In this document: piece after piece, positions 1-9,325 of the stretch
How the letters are laid out: each line of letters starts with the position of its first letter
Numbering within the stretch: position 1 is the stretch's first letter
NCBI GenBank assembly: GCA_902632935.1
Contig: CACPEJ010000001.1
Location: 21,179-85,178, forward strand
Direction of reading: 5' to 3'
Source: an uncultured Pelagibacteraceae bacterium
GTDB taxonomy: Bacteria > Pseudomonadota > Alphaproteobacteria > Pelagibacterales > Pelagibacteraceae
DNA: 64,000 nt
The notes under the pieces: generated by a model
The model's input: only the letters and a program-made list of their open reading frames with translations
Databases searched by the model: none
Told to the model about the DNA's origin: nothing
Position numbers and translations under genes: made by a program

Positions 1-1116
1 ATGAAAAAAGGAAAAAGGATTGTAAATAGTTGGAATGAGTGGGATCCTTTAAAGCATGTTATTGTTGGAAGGGCCGACGGCACATGTATACCCGCACCAG
101 AGCCTGCTTTAGATGCAAAAGTTCCTGAAGACTCAGATATGAGAGGGAAATTTGGTCCTAGAACAAAAGACACTGTAGATAAAGCAAATCAGTTACTTGA
201 TGATTTCTCAAATGTTTTGGTTAAAAGAGGTATTAAAGTTGATAGACCAACACCTTTAAATTTTAATCAAAAAACTTCAACACCTGATTGGGAATCTGAA
301 ACTATGTTTGGCTGCATGCCTCCTAGAGATGTTTTATTAACAGTTGGAAATGAAATTTTAGAGGCAACTATGAGTTATAGATGTAGATGGTTTGAGTATC
401 TTTGTTATCGTCCGCTTCTTAAAGAATATTACGATTTAGATCCAAACATGAGACATGAATCAGCGCCAAAACCAAGATTAACAGATGCAGATTATAGAAA
501 AGATTATTTATCTGACAAAATCGGAATTCAAAAAAGATTAAAATGGACTGAAGATAAATTTTTCGTAACAACTGAAGAAGAACCTTTGTTCGATGCAGCT
601 GATGTTTTGAGATTTGGTAAAGACTTAGTGGTGCAACATGGTTTTACGACAAATCTTAAAGGAATTGATTGGTTAAAAAGACATTATAAAAATCATCGAG
701 TTCATGCAGTAAACTTTCCTGGTGATCCATACCCAATTCATATAGATGCAACCTTCACACCAATAAAAGAAGGATTGATTATTAACAATCCTCAAAGAAG
801 ATTACCTAAAGAACAAAGAAAATTATTTGAAAATAATGGTTGGGAAATTATAGATGCTGCACAACCTGCTCACAACGAACCACCACCACTTTGTTACTCA
901 TCTGTTTGGCTTTCTATGAATGTTTTGGTAATAGATCCAAAGACAGTTTGTGTAGAAAAAAGTGAAAAATATCAAGCAGAGCAACTCGATAAACTTGGTA
1001 TGGAAGTAATTCCAGTAGATTTAAGAGACGCCTATGCTTTTGGCGGCGGTCTTCATTGTTGTACTGCTGATGTTTATAGAGAAAGTGAATTTAAAGATTA
1101 TTTTCCTAAACAATAA
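1..1116 (+). CDS. Amidinotransferase, glycine/inosamine amidinotransferase (AGAT-like) family
   Basis: N-terminal VNSWNEWDPLKHVIVGR, PRD motif, and Asp/His/Cys catalytic triad contexts FDAAD, HIDAT and GGGLHCCT. The ORF starts at base 1, so upstream context is not visible. Confidence 0.9.
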   Translation: MKKGKRIVNSWNEWDPLKHVIVGRADGTCIPAPEPALDAKVPEDSDMRGKFGPRTKDTVDKANQLLDDFSNVLVKRGIKVDRPTPLNFNQKTSTPDWESETMFGCMPPRDVLLTVGNEILEATMSYRCRWFEYLCYRPLLKEYYDLDPNMRHESAPKPRLTDADYRKDYLSDKIGIQKRLKWTEDKFFVTTEEEPLFDAADVLRFGKDLVVQHGFTTNLKGIDWLKRHYKNHRVHAVNFPGDPYPIHIDATFTPIKEGLIINNPQRRLPKEQRKLFENNGWEIIDAAQPAHNEPPPLCYSSVWLSMNVLVIDPKTVCVEKSEKYQAEQLDKLGMEVIPVDLRDAYAFGGGLHCCTADVYRESEFKDYFPKQ

Positions 1117-1132
1117 AAAAAATATAATTTAA

Positions 1133-1360
1133 TTAGCTAGGATTTTTTTTTAAAAAATTAATATATTGTAAAACTTCATTGAATTTATCATCTGGAATAT
1201 CTTTATAACTTGCATTGAATTTATTTTTTATACAAATTGCTACATGGGCATAAGGATTTCTTCCTTTAGGATGATTAGGATGATCAGGTAATTGACCTAC
1301 CAAATAATCGCCAGCTTCCTGAATAATCTTCCAGAGTTTACTAGCGTTTTCTTTGTTCAT
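1133..1360 (-). CDS. Small hypothetical protein (75 aa) with an ORF6C-like C-terminal pattern
   Basis: ORF 1133..1369 with a more likely start at ATG 1360 (MNKENASK). The C-terminus KNKFNASYKDIPDDKFNEVLQYI resembles the ORF6C pattern by eye. Confidence 0.7.
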   Translation of the reverse strand: MNKENASKLWKIIQEAGDYLVGQLPDHPNHPKGRNPYAHVAICIKNKFNASYKDIPDDKFNEVLQYINFLKKNPS

Positions 1361-1433
1361 ACATCCCAAGATCTTGATTTATTTTAATCTAGCATAGTCT
1401 TCAGACTAAAATAAAAGGAAAGAATTTTTAGAT

Positions 1434-2165
1434 CTAGTTTTCTTTTGATTTATCTATATTAAAATTCTCTAATCCACTTGATGAACTTTTGAGATTTTTA
1501 TCAATTTCCTCAAATCTCGCTCTTTTTTCGATTTCTTTTTGAATAAGCCTTTGTTCTCGTCTAATTTCTTCTTGTTCTTTTTGCTTTCGTTCTCTATCAA
1601 ATTTTTCTTCCCACTCTCTTATTTTGATAAATTCAGCCTCTTTTTGTCTATCTTCCTCTTCTTTCAATATTTTTAGTTCTCTATTTTTACGTCTTTGCTC
1701 TTTTAACTCCTTATTTTTTTGTTCATCTTCTCTTACTTTTAAATCGATATCTTTTCTATTTTGCTCTTCTTCTCTATTTTTTAATTGTTTTTCTTTTTCT
1801 CTTAATTCTTTTGCAACGAGTACCAACTCCTCGTCTTTTTTCGTCAGTCTTTCACTCTCAATTTTTTGTTTTTCTTCTTTAGATCTAATTTCTTTTTCTC
1901 TTATTCTGAGCTCTTCTTCATTTAAGCGGATTTTACTACTTTCTTTGTTGAGCCTATCCTCCCAAAGTTTCAATTCTTTTTTTTCTTTTTGATAAGAATT
2001 TCTTTCCTCAAGTTTTTGTAATTTAATAGCTTTAATTTTTTCTTGTTCTTTTTTTTTCTTATAATTAGATAATGCGCTACTTAACGAACTTGTTGTTAGC
2101 GTTGCTATTTTAGCAAGTCCGTTAGTTTTTTTTTTTATTTTTGTTTTCTTTTTTTTTAATGGCAT
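1434..2165 (-). CDS. Lys/Glu/Arg-rich coiled-coil hypothetical protein
   Basis: 243-aa ORF, almost entirely charged helical sequence, with a basic N-terminus. Confidence 0.7.
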   Translation of the reverse strand: MPLKKKKTKIKKKTNGLAKIATLTTSSLSSALSNYKKKKEQEKIKAIKLQKLEERNSYQKEKKELKLWEDRLNKESSKIRLNEEELRIREKEIRSKEEKQKIESERLTKKDEELVLVAKELREKEKQLKNREEEQNRKDIDLKVREDEQKNKELKEQRRKNRELKILKEEEDRQKEAEFIKIREWEEKFDRERKQKEQEEIRREQRLIQKEIEKRARFEEIDKNLKSSSSGLENFNIDKSKEN

Positions 2166-2273
2166 TTTTTAATTTTTATTTATTTCACTAGATAAATGAA
2201 AATTATTCAATAAGATTCTTAAAAAAATCTATGTAGTCCGACTAAAATGAGTTACAACCTGAAAGGGATATAT

Positions 2274-3629
2274 TTAGTATGTTACTTCCTTTTTTTGATC
2301 TTCGTTCTCGTCTTTTTTATATTTTACACCTTTTCTCTCTAAAATTTCTTTAACTTTTTCTGAATATGGTTCTTCTATGTGTTCAGTAGTAGGATTAAGT
2401 TCAATACCTGCAGGAGTAATGGTCTGTGGCATTGCAACGAACTGAGAGTCTGGATTTTCAACAGTTTTTCTCACTTTCATTCTATATATTCCAAAAAATC
2501 CAATAAAAGAATGAAAAATAAATAAAAATACAAAGAAACCATTTGGTCCAACTAGATCCATAAATATTGAACAAAGAAATGGCCCACTCATTGCTCCTAA
2601 TCCAAAAGCAAATTGCAGTCCCGCTCCAGCTGCTACAAACTTTTCTTTTGAAATATAATCATTTGTATGTGCTAGAATTAAAGAGAACATTGGCAAACTA
2701 CAAAAAGAAAAAAGGATAAAGAAAAAATAAAACCATGTTTTGCTAGTTGCAAGACCACCGGGCAAATACATTTGTCTTGAGACGAATATTGCAATAATTG
2801 CAAATATTGCCGCCCCAAATGTTGAAAAAACAATTACTCTTCTTCTATCATAAATATCAGAAATTTTACCAACTGGAAATTGGGCTACTGCACCTGATAT
2901 TGCCAATAAGAAAGTAACAATTGATATTTCTAAAATTGTAAAGTTCATGGAGGTAGCGTAAACTGCTAGTAATGTGAATAAAGCTGATTGTATTGTTCCA
3001 TAAAAAAGAGAGCTCACCATACCAAAAGGTGAAGCTTCATATAATTCTCGCATATTCATTGCTTGTATTTTTTTAAAGTTTGGTGGTTTCTTTTTAGTTA
3101 ATAAAATTGGTATTAAAGCAGCAGAAGTTATTACTGAAACTAAAATAAATGGTTGAAAGTTTTTAGGACTACTAAAATTAAGTAAAAACATACCGATGCC
3201 CATGGTTCCATAAAGTATGACCATATAAATAGAAAGTACGCTGCCTCGATTTTTATTACTTGATCTATCATTTAACCAACTTTCTGCGACTGTATAAATA
3301 CAAACCATACTGACACCAGTAAGTATTCTTAATAAAAACCATATAAATGGATGAATTATAACTGAGTGAATTAAAACAACTAATGATGCCAAGGACGCAA
3401 AAGCGGCAAAAACTCTTATGTGACCAACTCTTGAAATTATATTTGGAATAGTTGCGGCACCAATAAAATATCCTACAAAATAACCAGACATCATGAATCC
3501 AGTTGAAGTAAGGCTAAATTCTTCCTGAACAGCCCTTACACCTAAGAGAGATCCTTGGAATCCATAAGCCATCATGATGAAACCCATTCCTAAAAACAAT
3601 GCCCAGGAGTTTTTTAAAACTTTATTCAT
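2274..3629 (-). CDS. MFS transporter (YcaD-like)
   Basis: About 12 hydrophobic segments, with VAESWLN and GKISDIYDRR MFS motifs. Confidence 0.88.
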   Translation of the reverse strand: MNKVLKNSWALFLGMGFIMMAYGFQGSLLGVRAVQEEFSLTSTGFMMSGYFVGYFIGAATIPNIISRVGHIRVFAAFASLASLVVLIHSVIIHPFIWFLLRILTGVSMVCIYTVAESWLNDRSSNKNRGSVLSIYMVILYGTMGIGMFLLNFSSPKNFQPFILVSVITSAALIPILLTKKKPPNFKKIQAMNMRELYEASPFGMVSSLFYGTIQSALFTLLAVYATSMNFTILEISIVTFLLAISGAVAQFPVGKISDIYDRRRVIVFSTFGAAIFAIIAIFVSRQMYLPGGLATSKTWFYFFFILFSFCSLPMFSLILAHTNDYISKEKFVAAGAGLQFAFGLGAMSGPFLCSIFMDLVGPNGFFVFLFIFHSFIGFFGIYRMKVRKTVENPDSQFVAMPQTITPAGIELNPTTEHIEEPYSEKVKEILERKGVKYKKDENEDQKKEVTY

Positions 3630-3687
3630 AAAAATTGAGGTAATTATTCGCGATGTATTATTAAATCAAGTCTTAATTGTGACAAGC

Positions 3688-4548
3688 TTAAGAATTTTTG
3701 AGTTTTAAGTATGAGTGAATTGCGATAGTGGTTATTATAACTAGACCACCCTGGAGTGTTTCTAAACTAGGCTGTTCCTTTATGATCAACCAAACCCAAA
3801 TTGGGCCGATTATAGTCTCAAGCAGAAAAAAAAGATTAACTTCTGCAGCAGGTATAAATCTTGGAGCAATAGTTACTAGTACAAAAGGTATAGCAACACA
3901 TAAAATACACATCAATGGAACAATTAAAAGATCATTACCAACTAATACAAAACTTTCTATAAAAAGTAATGCAAAAGTTGCTACAAATAATTTACCAACT
4001 ACTGCAGCAGGAACTAAATTTTTAGTTTTAGCGGATCTAATTATAACTGCTCCGACCGCTAAACCTATCGCAGTAACAAATCCTAACACATCTCCATAAA
4101 AATTACCTAACTTCAAAGAGTCATAGAAAATATATATTATTGTTAAAAAAGTAATTATTATAGAAATCCAAGTTTTTTTATCAGGTGGTTCTTTTAGAAA
4201 TATTGCTCCAAGAATAGCTGATAACATTGGGGCAGTCGCTATCATAACTAAGGTATTGGCAACATTTGTATTTTGAATAGAAACAACAAAAGTTATATTG
4301 GTTACACTAAATGTAATTACATAAAATATTCCATGATAACCACTAGTGAAAAGTATCTTAAAGAAATTTAACTTATAAATAATTAACATACCTAACAAAA
4401 CCGTTATAAAAGGAATAATTCCCCTATAAAAAACTAAACCCCAAGTATCTACATTTGAAAGCCTTATAAATAGTGAGTCTGGTGTAATAAACATTACCGC
4501 AACAAAGGCCAATAACGATCCCTTTTGTTGGCCTGTAAGATTTTTCAC
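3688..4548 (-). CDS. DMT/EamA family transporter
   Basis: About 10 TM segments with two EamA repeats (FLKEP, IIKEQP). GTG start overlaps the gshB stop. Confidence 0.85.
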   Translation of the reverse strand: MKNLTGQQKGSLLAFVAVMFITPDSLFIRLSNVDTWGLVFYRGIIPFITVLLGMLIIYKLNFFKILFTSGYHGIFYVITFSVTNITFVVSIQNTNVANTLVMIATAPMLSAILGAIFLKEPPDKKTWISIIITFLTIIYIFYDSLKLGNFYGDVLGFVTAIGLAVGAVIIRSAKTKNLVPAAVVGKLFVATFALLFIESFVLVGNDLLIVPLMCILCVAIPFVLVTIAPRFIPAAEVNLFFLLETIIGPIWVWLIIKEQPSLETLQGGLVIITTIAIHSYLKLKNS

Positions 4549-5471
4549 GCTTTTAATTCTTTCCAGAAAGTTGAGGCTAAATTTATTTTTGAAAGATCGT
4601 AGAAAGTTTTTAATCCGGTAGGTGATGTAACATTTATGTCACCATTGAGTTGCTCATCTATAAAGTCAATCCCAGCAAAGAAAATTTTATCTTTTTTTAA
4701 ATCTTTACTAATCAATTTTGATATTTTCATTTCTTTATTAGTTAATTTTACATTTATAGGTTTTGCACCTTTGCTTAAATTACTTAAAAATGAGCCTTTT
4801 TTTGGAATTCTTGATATTGCGCCACAAACTTTACCATTTATCAAAAAAACTCTCTTATCTCCCTCTTTGATCTTAGGTAAATATTTTTGACACATAATAT
4901 GATTGTGTTTTTTAATAAATTTTTGAAAAAATTTTAGATTAAACTTGATCAATAAATATATATTGTTTCCACTATAGCTATTGATAGGTTTTACAATCAC
5001 TTTTTTATGTTTTTTAAAAAACTTTCTAATTTCATCAATATTTTGTGAAAAAATAGTATCTGGCATAAATTTTTGATATTTTGTGGAAAAAAGTTTTTCA
5101 GATACATTCCTGATTGCTGTTGGATCATTAATTACTTTAACTCTTTTTTTTATTTTATCTAGAATAAGAGTTGAACAAATATATTCTAAATTGAATGGCG
5201 GATCTTGGCGAATAAGTAAATATTTACACTTAATTAGCTCTAATTTTTGTTTTTTTAAAATTTTAAAAAATCTTTTTTTTCTGTAATCAAATACGACAAA
5301 AAATCCTTTAGCAATTACTTTAAAATTAATAATAGATAAATCTTTTGGATCATAATAGAAAATTTTATAATTTTTTTTTTGTATTTCATGAGCTAAAAAA
5401 ATACTAGTATCAGTTAATGGGTTAAGTTTAGCAGGATGATTTCCCTGAATAGCAATAATTTTATTTGTCAT
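4545..5471 (-). CDS. gshB: Glutathione synthetase
   Basis: RQDPPFNLEY, EKL, GDKRVFLING and INVTSPTG motifs; next to gshA. Confidence 0.95.
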   Translation of the reverse strand: MTNKIIAIQGNHPAKLNPLTDTSIFLAHEIQKKNYKIFYYDPKDLSIINFKVIAKGFFVVFDYRKKRFFKILKKQKLELIKCKYLLIRQDPPFNLEYICSTLILDKIKKRVKVINDPTAIRNVSEKLFSTKYQKFMPDTIFSQNIDEIRKFFKKHKKVIVKPINSYSGNNIYLLIKFNLKFFQKFIKKHNHIMCQKYLPKIKEGDKRVFLINGKVCGAISRIPKKGSFLSNLSKGAKPINVKLTNKEMKISKLISKDLKKDKIFFAGIDFIDEQLNGDINVTSPTGLKTFYDLSKINLASTFWKELKA

Positions 5472-6756
5472 ATAATTCAGTTAAATCTTCATTTTTAGAA
5501 AATTTAATAATCATATGATGTGCATTTGTAGTTTTATTATCAATCACTTTTTGTAGATGATTTAAAAATATGGTCTCATTTTTTCCACTTTTATTGTCTA
5601 TATCTCTTTTTTCTAATCCCTTTTTAGATAAATCTAATAATAATGAGGACCAATAAAGCAGGTCTTTACCCATAAGCTGGGTATTAAAACCTTTTTGAGG
5701 TGCTTCTAAATATGCATTCATAATTTTATCTTTATCCCAACTAGAAATTAATTCATAAACTTCACTTAAATTTCCATATAACATTCCAACATTAAATGCT
5801 GGACCCGCACATAGACAATCCCAACCACAAGTATCCATCGATCTTAATTCAATATATTTTTTAAGTCTATTCTCCGTAAAAATTGTACTTAAATGAGTCG
5901 ATAAATCATTCTCATCAGGCAGACGATTATTTATTTCTTTAATATTGCCTGACATGAAATCACTAAAATTGTATCCTCTACCTGAAAAATAATTTTCTTT
6001 TTGTTGTATAAACAGAACTGGAAAATTAATCACAAAATCTGCATATTTTTCAAAATCAAAGTTTTCTAGGAACAATTTAGGTAAACCACCTCGAGAAGTA
6101 TTTTGCCATACTTTCGATCGATACGATAAATAATTACTTTTTTTCTTCTCAACTATTGATGAATTAGCAAATAAAGCAATTGAAATAGGTACCACAGAAT
6201 TAACTATCTTAAATTTTTTTTTAAAATCTTCTTCTGAACAGTAATCTAAGTTTAACTGTGTTCCACAGGTTCGATACATCATATCAAGACTTAATTCTCC
6301 CCCTAAAGGCATATCATTTGTCATTAACTTGTATCTTTTTTTAGGGTTATTGGGGATCTCATCTAATTTTGATATTGGATCGAAACCTGCACTTACAATT
6401 TTAATATTAAGTTTTTTTGTGACCTGTTTTAATTCAAATAAGTAATCATAAGACTCTGCACATGCTTCATGAATATTACTAAGTTTATCACCAGATAATT
6501 CAATTTGATTACCTGGCTCAAGAGTAATATTTTTACCGCCTTTATTTAAAGCAATAATATTATCGTTTTCTAATACAGGATTCCATCCAAACTCAAGTAG
6601 AGCTGAGAACATTTCCTTTATTTTTTGATAATCAATTCTTTTATTATTTTGACTATTAAATAGAAATTTCTCATGCTCGATACCAATTTTAAACTCTTTT
6701 TTGTTTTTAATTCCAGACTTGAAATATTCAATTATTTGCTCTTTTTTTGTAATCAT
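5461..6756 (-). CDS. gshA: Glutamate--cysteine ligase (alphaproteobacterial/plant type)
   Basis: IGIEHEKF, TLEPGNQIELSG, MMYRTCGTQLNLD and HLSTIFTENRLKKYIELR motifs. Confidence 0.95.
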   Translation of the reverse strand: MITKKEQIIEYFKSGIKNKKEFKIGIEHEKFLFNSQNNKRIDYQKIKEMFSALLEFGWNPVLENDNIIALNKGGKNITLEPGNQIELSGDKLSNIHEACAESYDYLFELKQVTKKLNIKIVSAGFDPISKLDEIPNNPKKRYKLMTNDMPLGGELSLDMMYRTCGTQLNLDYCSEEDFKKKFKIVNSVVPISIALFANSSIVEKKKSNYLSYRSKVWQNTSRGGLPKLFLENFDFEKYADFVINFPVLFIQQKENYFSGRGYNFSDFMSGNIKEINNRLPDENDLSTHLSTIFTENRLKKYIELRSMDTCGWDCLCAGPAFNVGMLYGNLSEVYELISSWDKDKIMNAYLEAPQKGFNTQLMGKDLLYWSSLLLDLSKKGLEKRDIDNKSGKNETIFLNHLQKVIDNKTTNAHHMIIKFSKNEDLTELYDK

Positions 6757-6773
6757 AGAAATAAATTTTATTT

Positions 6774-7340
6774 TTAATTATTCTTAAGAGAAGAATATGG
6801 TTTTCTAGAAAAAATTTTTTTTACAATTGGTTTGAAAAATTCCAATGGTAAAGATTCATATTCAGGATCAAAAGAATTTTGATCATATTTTTCGCAAAAA
6901 TCTATTGTATCTTGGTAGTATTTATGATCTTTATATTTATCTCTTCTGTTCTTATCACCACCTAAATGATGTGCATAATAATACATTTGAAATTCTCCAT
7001 GCTTTTCAACTATCCAATGAGTTTTTTCTGATACATAGGGCTTTAAAATTGAAGCCGCATACTCAGAATGATTCATTGGAGCTAATTCATCACCGATATC
7101 ATGCAATAGACAAGCTACAACCATCTCTTCACTTTCTCCATTCCTATGAGCTCTCGTAGCGCTTTGAAGTGAATGTTCTAGTCTTGATACTTGATATCCC
7201 TCTAAAGTTTCAGTTAGCCCAGACATAAATTTTAATATTCTATCAGCAGTTTTGTTGGCAAAATCTTTTTCATGCTTATCTAAAAAAAGATAATCTTCTT
7301 TAGTGCCATTTTTCATTTCAGTAAAACTTACTTTTTTCAT
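6774..7340 (-). CDS. HD-domain metalloenzyme (PhnZ/TmpB-like pattern)
   Basis: RLEHSLQSATRA, LLHDIGD, NHSE, EKHG and YDQ give an H..HD..H..H..D ligand set. Confidence 0.8.
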   Translation of the reverse strand: MKKVSFTEMKNGTKEDYLFLDKHEKDFANKTADRILKFMSGLTETLEGYQVSRLEHSLQSATRAHRNGESEEMVVACLLHDIGDELAPMNHSEYAASILKPYVSEKTHWIVEKHGEFQMYYYAHHLGGDKNRRDKYKDHKYYQDTIDFCEKYDQNSFDPEYESLPLEFFKPIVKKIFSRKPYSSLKNN

Positions 7341-8822
7341 TTAATTATTAGATGCAGTATTTAACAATGATAATTGTGTGATTTTACTATCACCAAGTTC
7401 ATCGATAGGTTTAACAGGATACTCTCCAGTAAAATAATGATCAGTTAATTGAGGATAACTTTTATTTCTTCCATCAAAACCAATTGCACGATACATTCCA
7501 TTTACTGACAAAAATTTTAATGATTTTGCACCTATATACTTACAGATTTCCGAGTTACTTTTGTTAGCAGCAAGCAATTCTTTTTTAGTTGGAGTATCAA
7601 CTCCATAAAAATCAGGAAATTTGATTTCTGGACAGGCAATTCTAACATGAACCTCTTTTGCGCCAGCGTCATATAACATTTTAACTATTTTATGAGAAGT
7701 TGTACCTCTTACTAGTGAATCATCTACCAAAATTATTTTTTTGCCTTGAATAGTTGATTGATTAGCATTTAATTTTAATTTAACGCCTAAACTTCTGATT
7801 TTCTGACTTGGTTCAATGAAAGTTCTTCCAACATAATGATTTCTAACTAAACCAAGCTCAAATTTTACATTTAAAGATTGCGCAAAACCTAAAGCGGCTG
7901 CATTTCCAGAGTCTGGTACCGGCACAACAATATCAGCATTTATATCATTTTCTTTTGCAAGTTCAGAACCAAGATTTTTTCTATGTTCATACGCAGTTTT
8001 TCCGTCAAGCATACTATCTGGTCTTGCAAAATAAATATATTCAAAAACACAAGGCCTAACTTTTTTTAGAGGAAATGGTTTAATACTTTTCAATTCATTA
8101 TTTTCAATTAAAACTATCTCACCATTTTCAACTTCTCGTATGAATTTAGCACCAATTATATCTAAAGCACATGTTTCAGATGCTAGTACATAACTATTCT
8201 TTAATTTTCCAATTACCAAAGGCCTGATACCAAAAGGATCCCTAACACCTACTAATGAAGTCTGAGTTAACATTACTAAAGCATATCCACCTTGTATTTG
8301 AAAAATTGCATCAACAATTTTATCTATTGTTTTTGCCCGTTTTGACTTGGCAATTAATTGAACTATTGTTTCTGTATCAGATGTTGTGTAAAAAATTGCT
8401 CCTTCATCAACTAATTTTTTTCTTAAAGAAATTGAATTGGTTAAATTTCCATTATGAGCTACGCCGATCCCTCCAGCATTAGTATCAGCAAAGAAAGGCT
8501 GAATGTTTCTAAGAGTATTTTCACCTGTTGTGCTATATCTATTATGTCCAATAGCATAATCACCTTGAAGCTTTTTTAGTATCTTCTCTTTATTAAAATT
8601 ATCGCCTACTAAACCAAATCTTTTTTCAGAAAAATATTGTTTGCCGTCAAAGGTAACGATTCCACATCCTTCCTGACCTCTATGTTGAAGTGCATGAAGT
8701 CCTAAGGCAGTTAGTGCTGAGGCATCCTTGGTATTACTTATTCCAAATATACCACACTCTTCTTTGAGCTTAGGATCAAATATTTTCAATTTTCTCCTTA
8801 GATTTTTTATATGTTTTTTCAT
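7341..8822 (-). CDS. purF: Amidophosphoribosyltransferase
   Basis: EECGIFG, LQHRGQE, GHNRYST and VDDSLVRGTT motifs. Confidence 0.97.
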   Translation of the reverse strand: MKKHIKNLRRKLKIFDPKLKEECGIFGISNTKDASALTALGLHALQHRGQEGCGIVTFDGKQYFSEKRFGLVGDNFNKEKILKKLQGDYAIGHNRYSTTGENTLRNIQPFFADTNAGGIGVAHNGNLTNSISLRKKLVDEGAIFYTTSDTETIVQLIAKSKRAKTIDKIVDAIFQIQGGYALVMLTQTSLVGVRDPFGIRPLVIGKLKNSYVLASETCALDIIGAKFIREVENGEIVLIENNELKSIKPFPLKKVRPCVFEYIYFARPDSMLDGKTAYEHRKNLGSELAKENDINADIVVPVPDSGNAAALGFAQSLNVKFELGLVRNHYVGRTFIEPSQKIRSLGVKLKLNANQSTIQGKKIILVDDSLVRGTTSHKIVKMLYDAGAKEVHVRIACPEIKFPDFYGVDTPTKKELLAANKSNSEICKYIGAKSLKFLSVNGMYRAIGFDGRNKSYPQLTDHYFTGEYPVKPIDELGDSKITQLSLLNTASNN

Positions 8823-9321
8823 CAGGAAATTTTTCTAATAAATAATTACTACCTTTTTCTAAATATGGAAAGATTAATGATTTACTTAAATTTACTGGCC
8901 ATTTATCGTGATTATATACAATGTGTACACCTGAGAAGATACATACAGAAATAATATAAGCTTTGATAAATCCAAAAAAGAATCCAAACATTGTATCTAT
9001 ACTTCCAAGGCCAGTGAATCGGACAGCTTTTCGTATACCTCTATTAATCATTAAAATTAAAAATATAACAATTACAAATATCGTAACTCCTAAAATTACA
9101 TCTAGAACGTACTCGTTATCAATTATGCCCTTCAAATAAGGTTTTGCTCTAGGGAATATTATCAATGTAATTATGTAGGCTAGAAACCATTTAGCCATTG
9201 ACAGAATACTTAAAACAAAACCTCTTTTATAACATCCAATTAATGTAAAAATTGTAATTACTAAATATATGAAATCTATAACATTTGTAGTTTTGTAAAA
9301 ATCTACAACAAGATCTTGCAT
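8776..9321 (-). CDS. cvpA: CvpA family membrane protein
   Basis: Four TM segments, GCYKRGFV and DTMFGFFFG motifs, conserved position upstream of purF. Confidence 0.88.
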   Translation of the reverse strand: MQDLVVDFYKTTNVIDFIYLVITIFTLIGCYKRGFVLSILSMAKWFLAYIITLIIFPRAKPYLKGIIDNEYVLDVILGVTIFVIVIFLILMINRGIRKAVRFTGLGSIDTMFGFFFGFIKAYIISVCIFSGVHIVYNHDKWPVNLSKSLIFPYLEKGSNYLLEKFPDEKTYKKSKEKIENI

Positions 9322-9325
9322 CTAG

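Noticed and set aside
1624-1992. 122-aa Ser/Phe/Leu-rich + strand ORF
   Set aside because: Antisense shadow of the Lys/Glu-rich gene; its composition is the reverse complement of AAA/GAA codons.
1395-2250. TAGTC..GACTAAAAT palindromes at 1395-1408 and 2234-2244 upstream of the two hypothetical genes
   Set aside because: The spacers differ (4 vs 1 nt) and the arms are short, so a shared operator is not supported.
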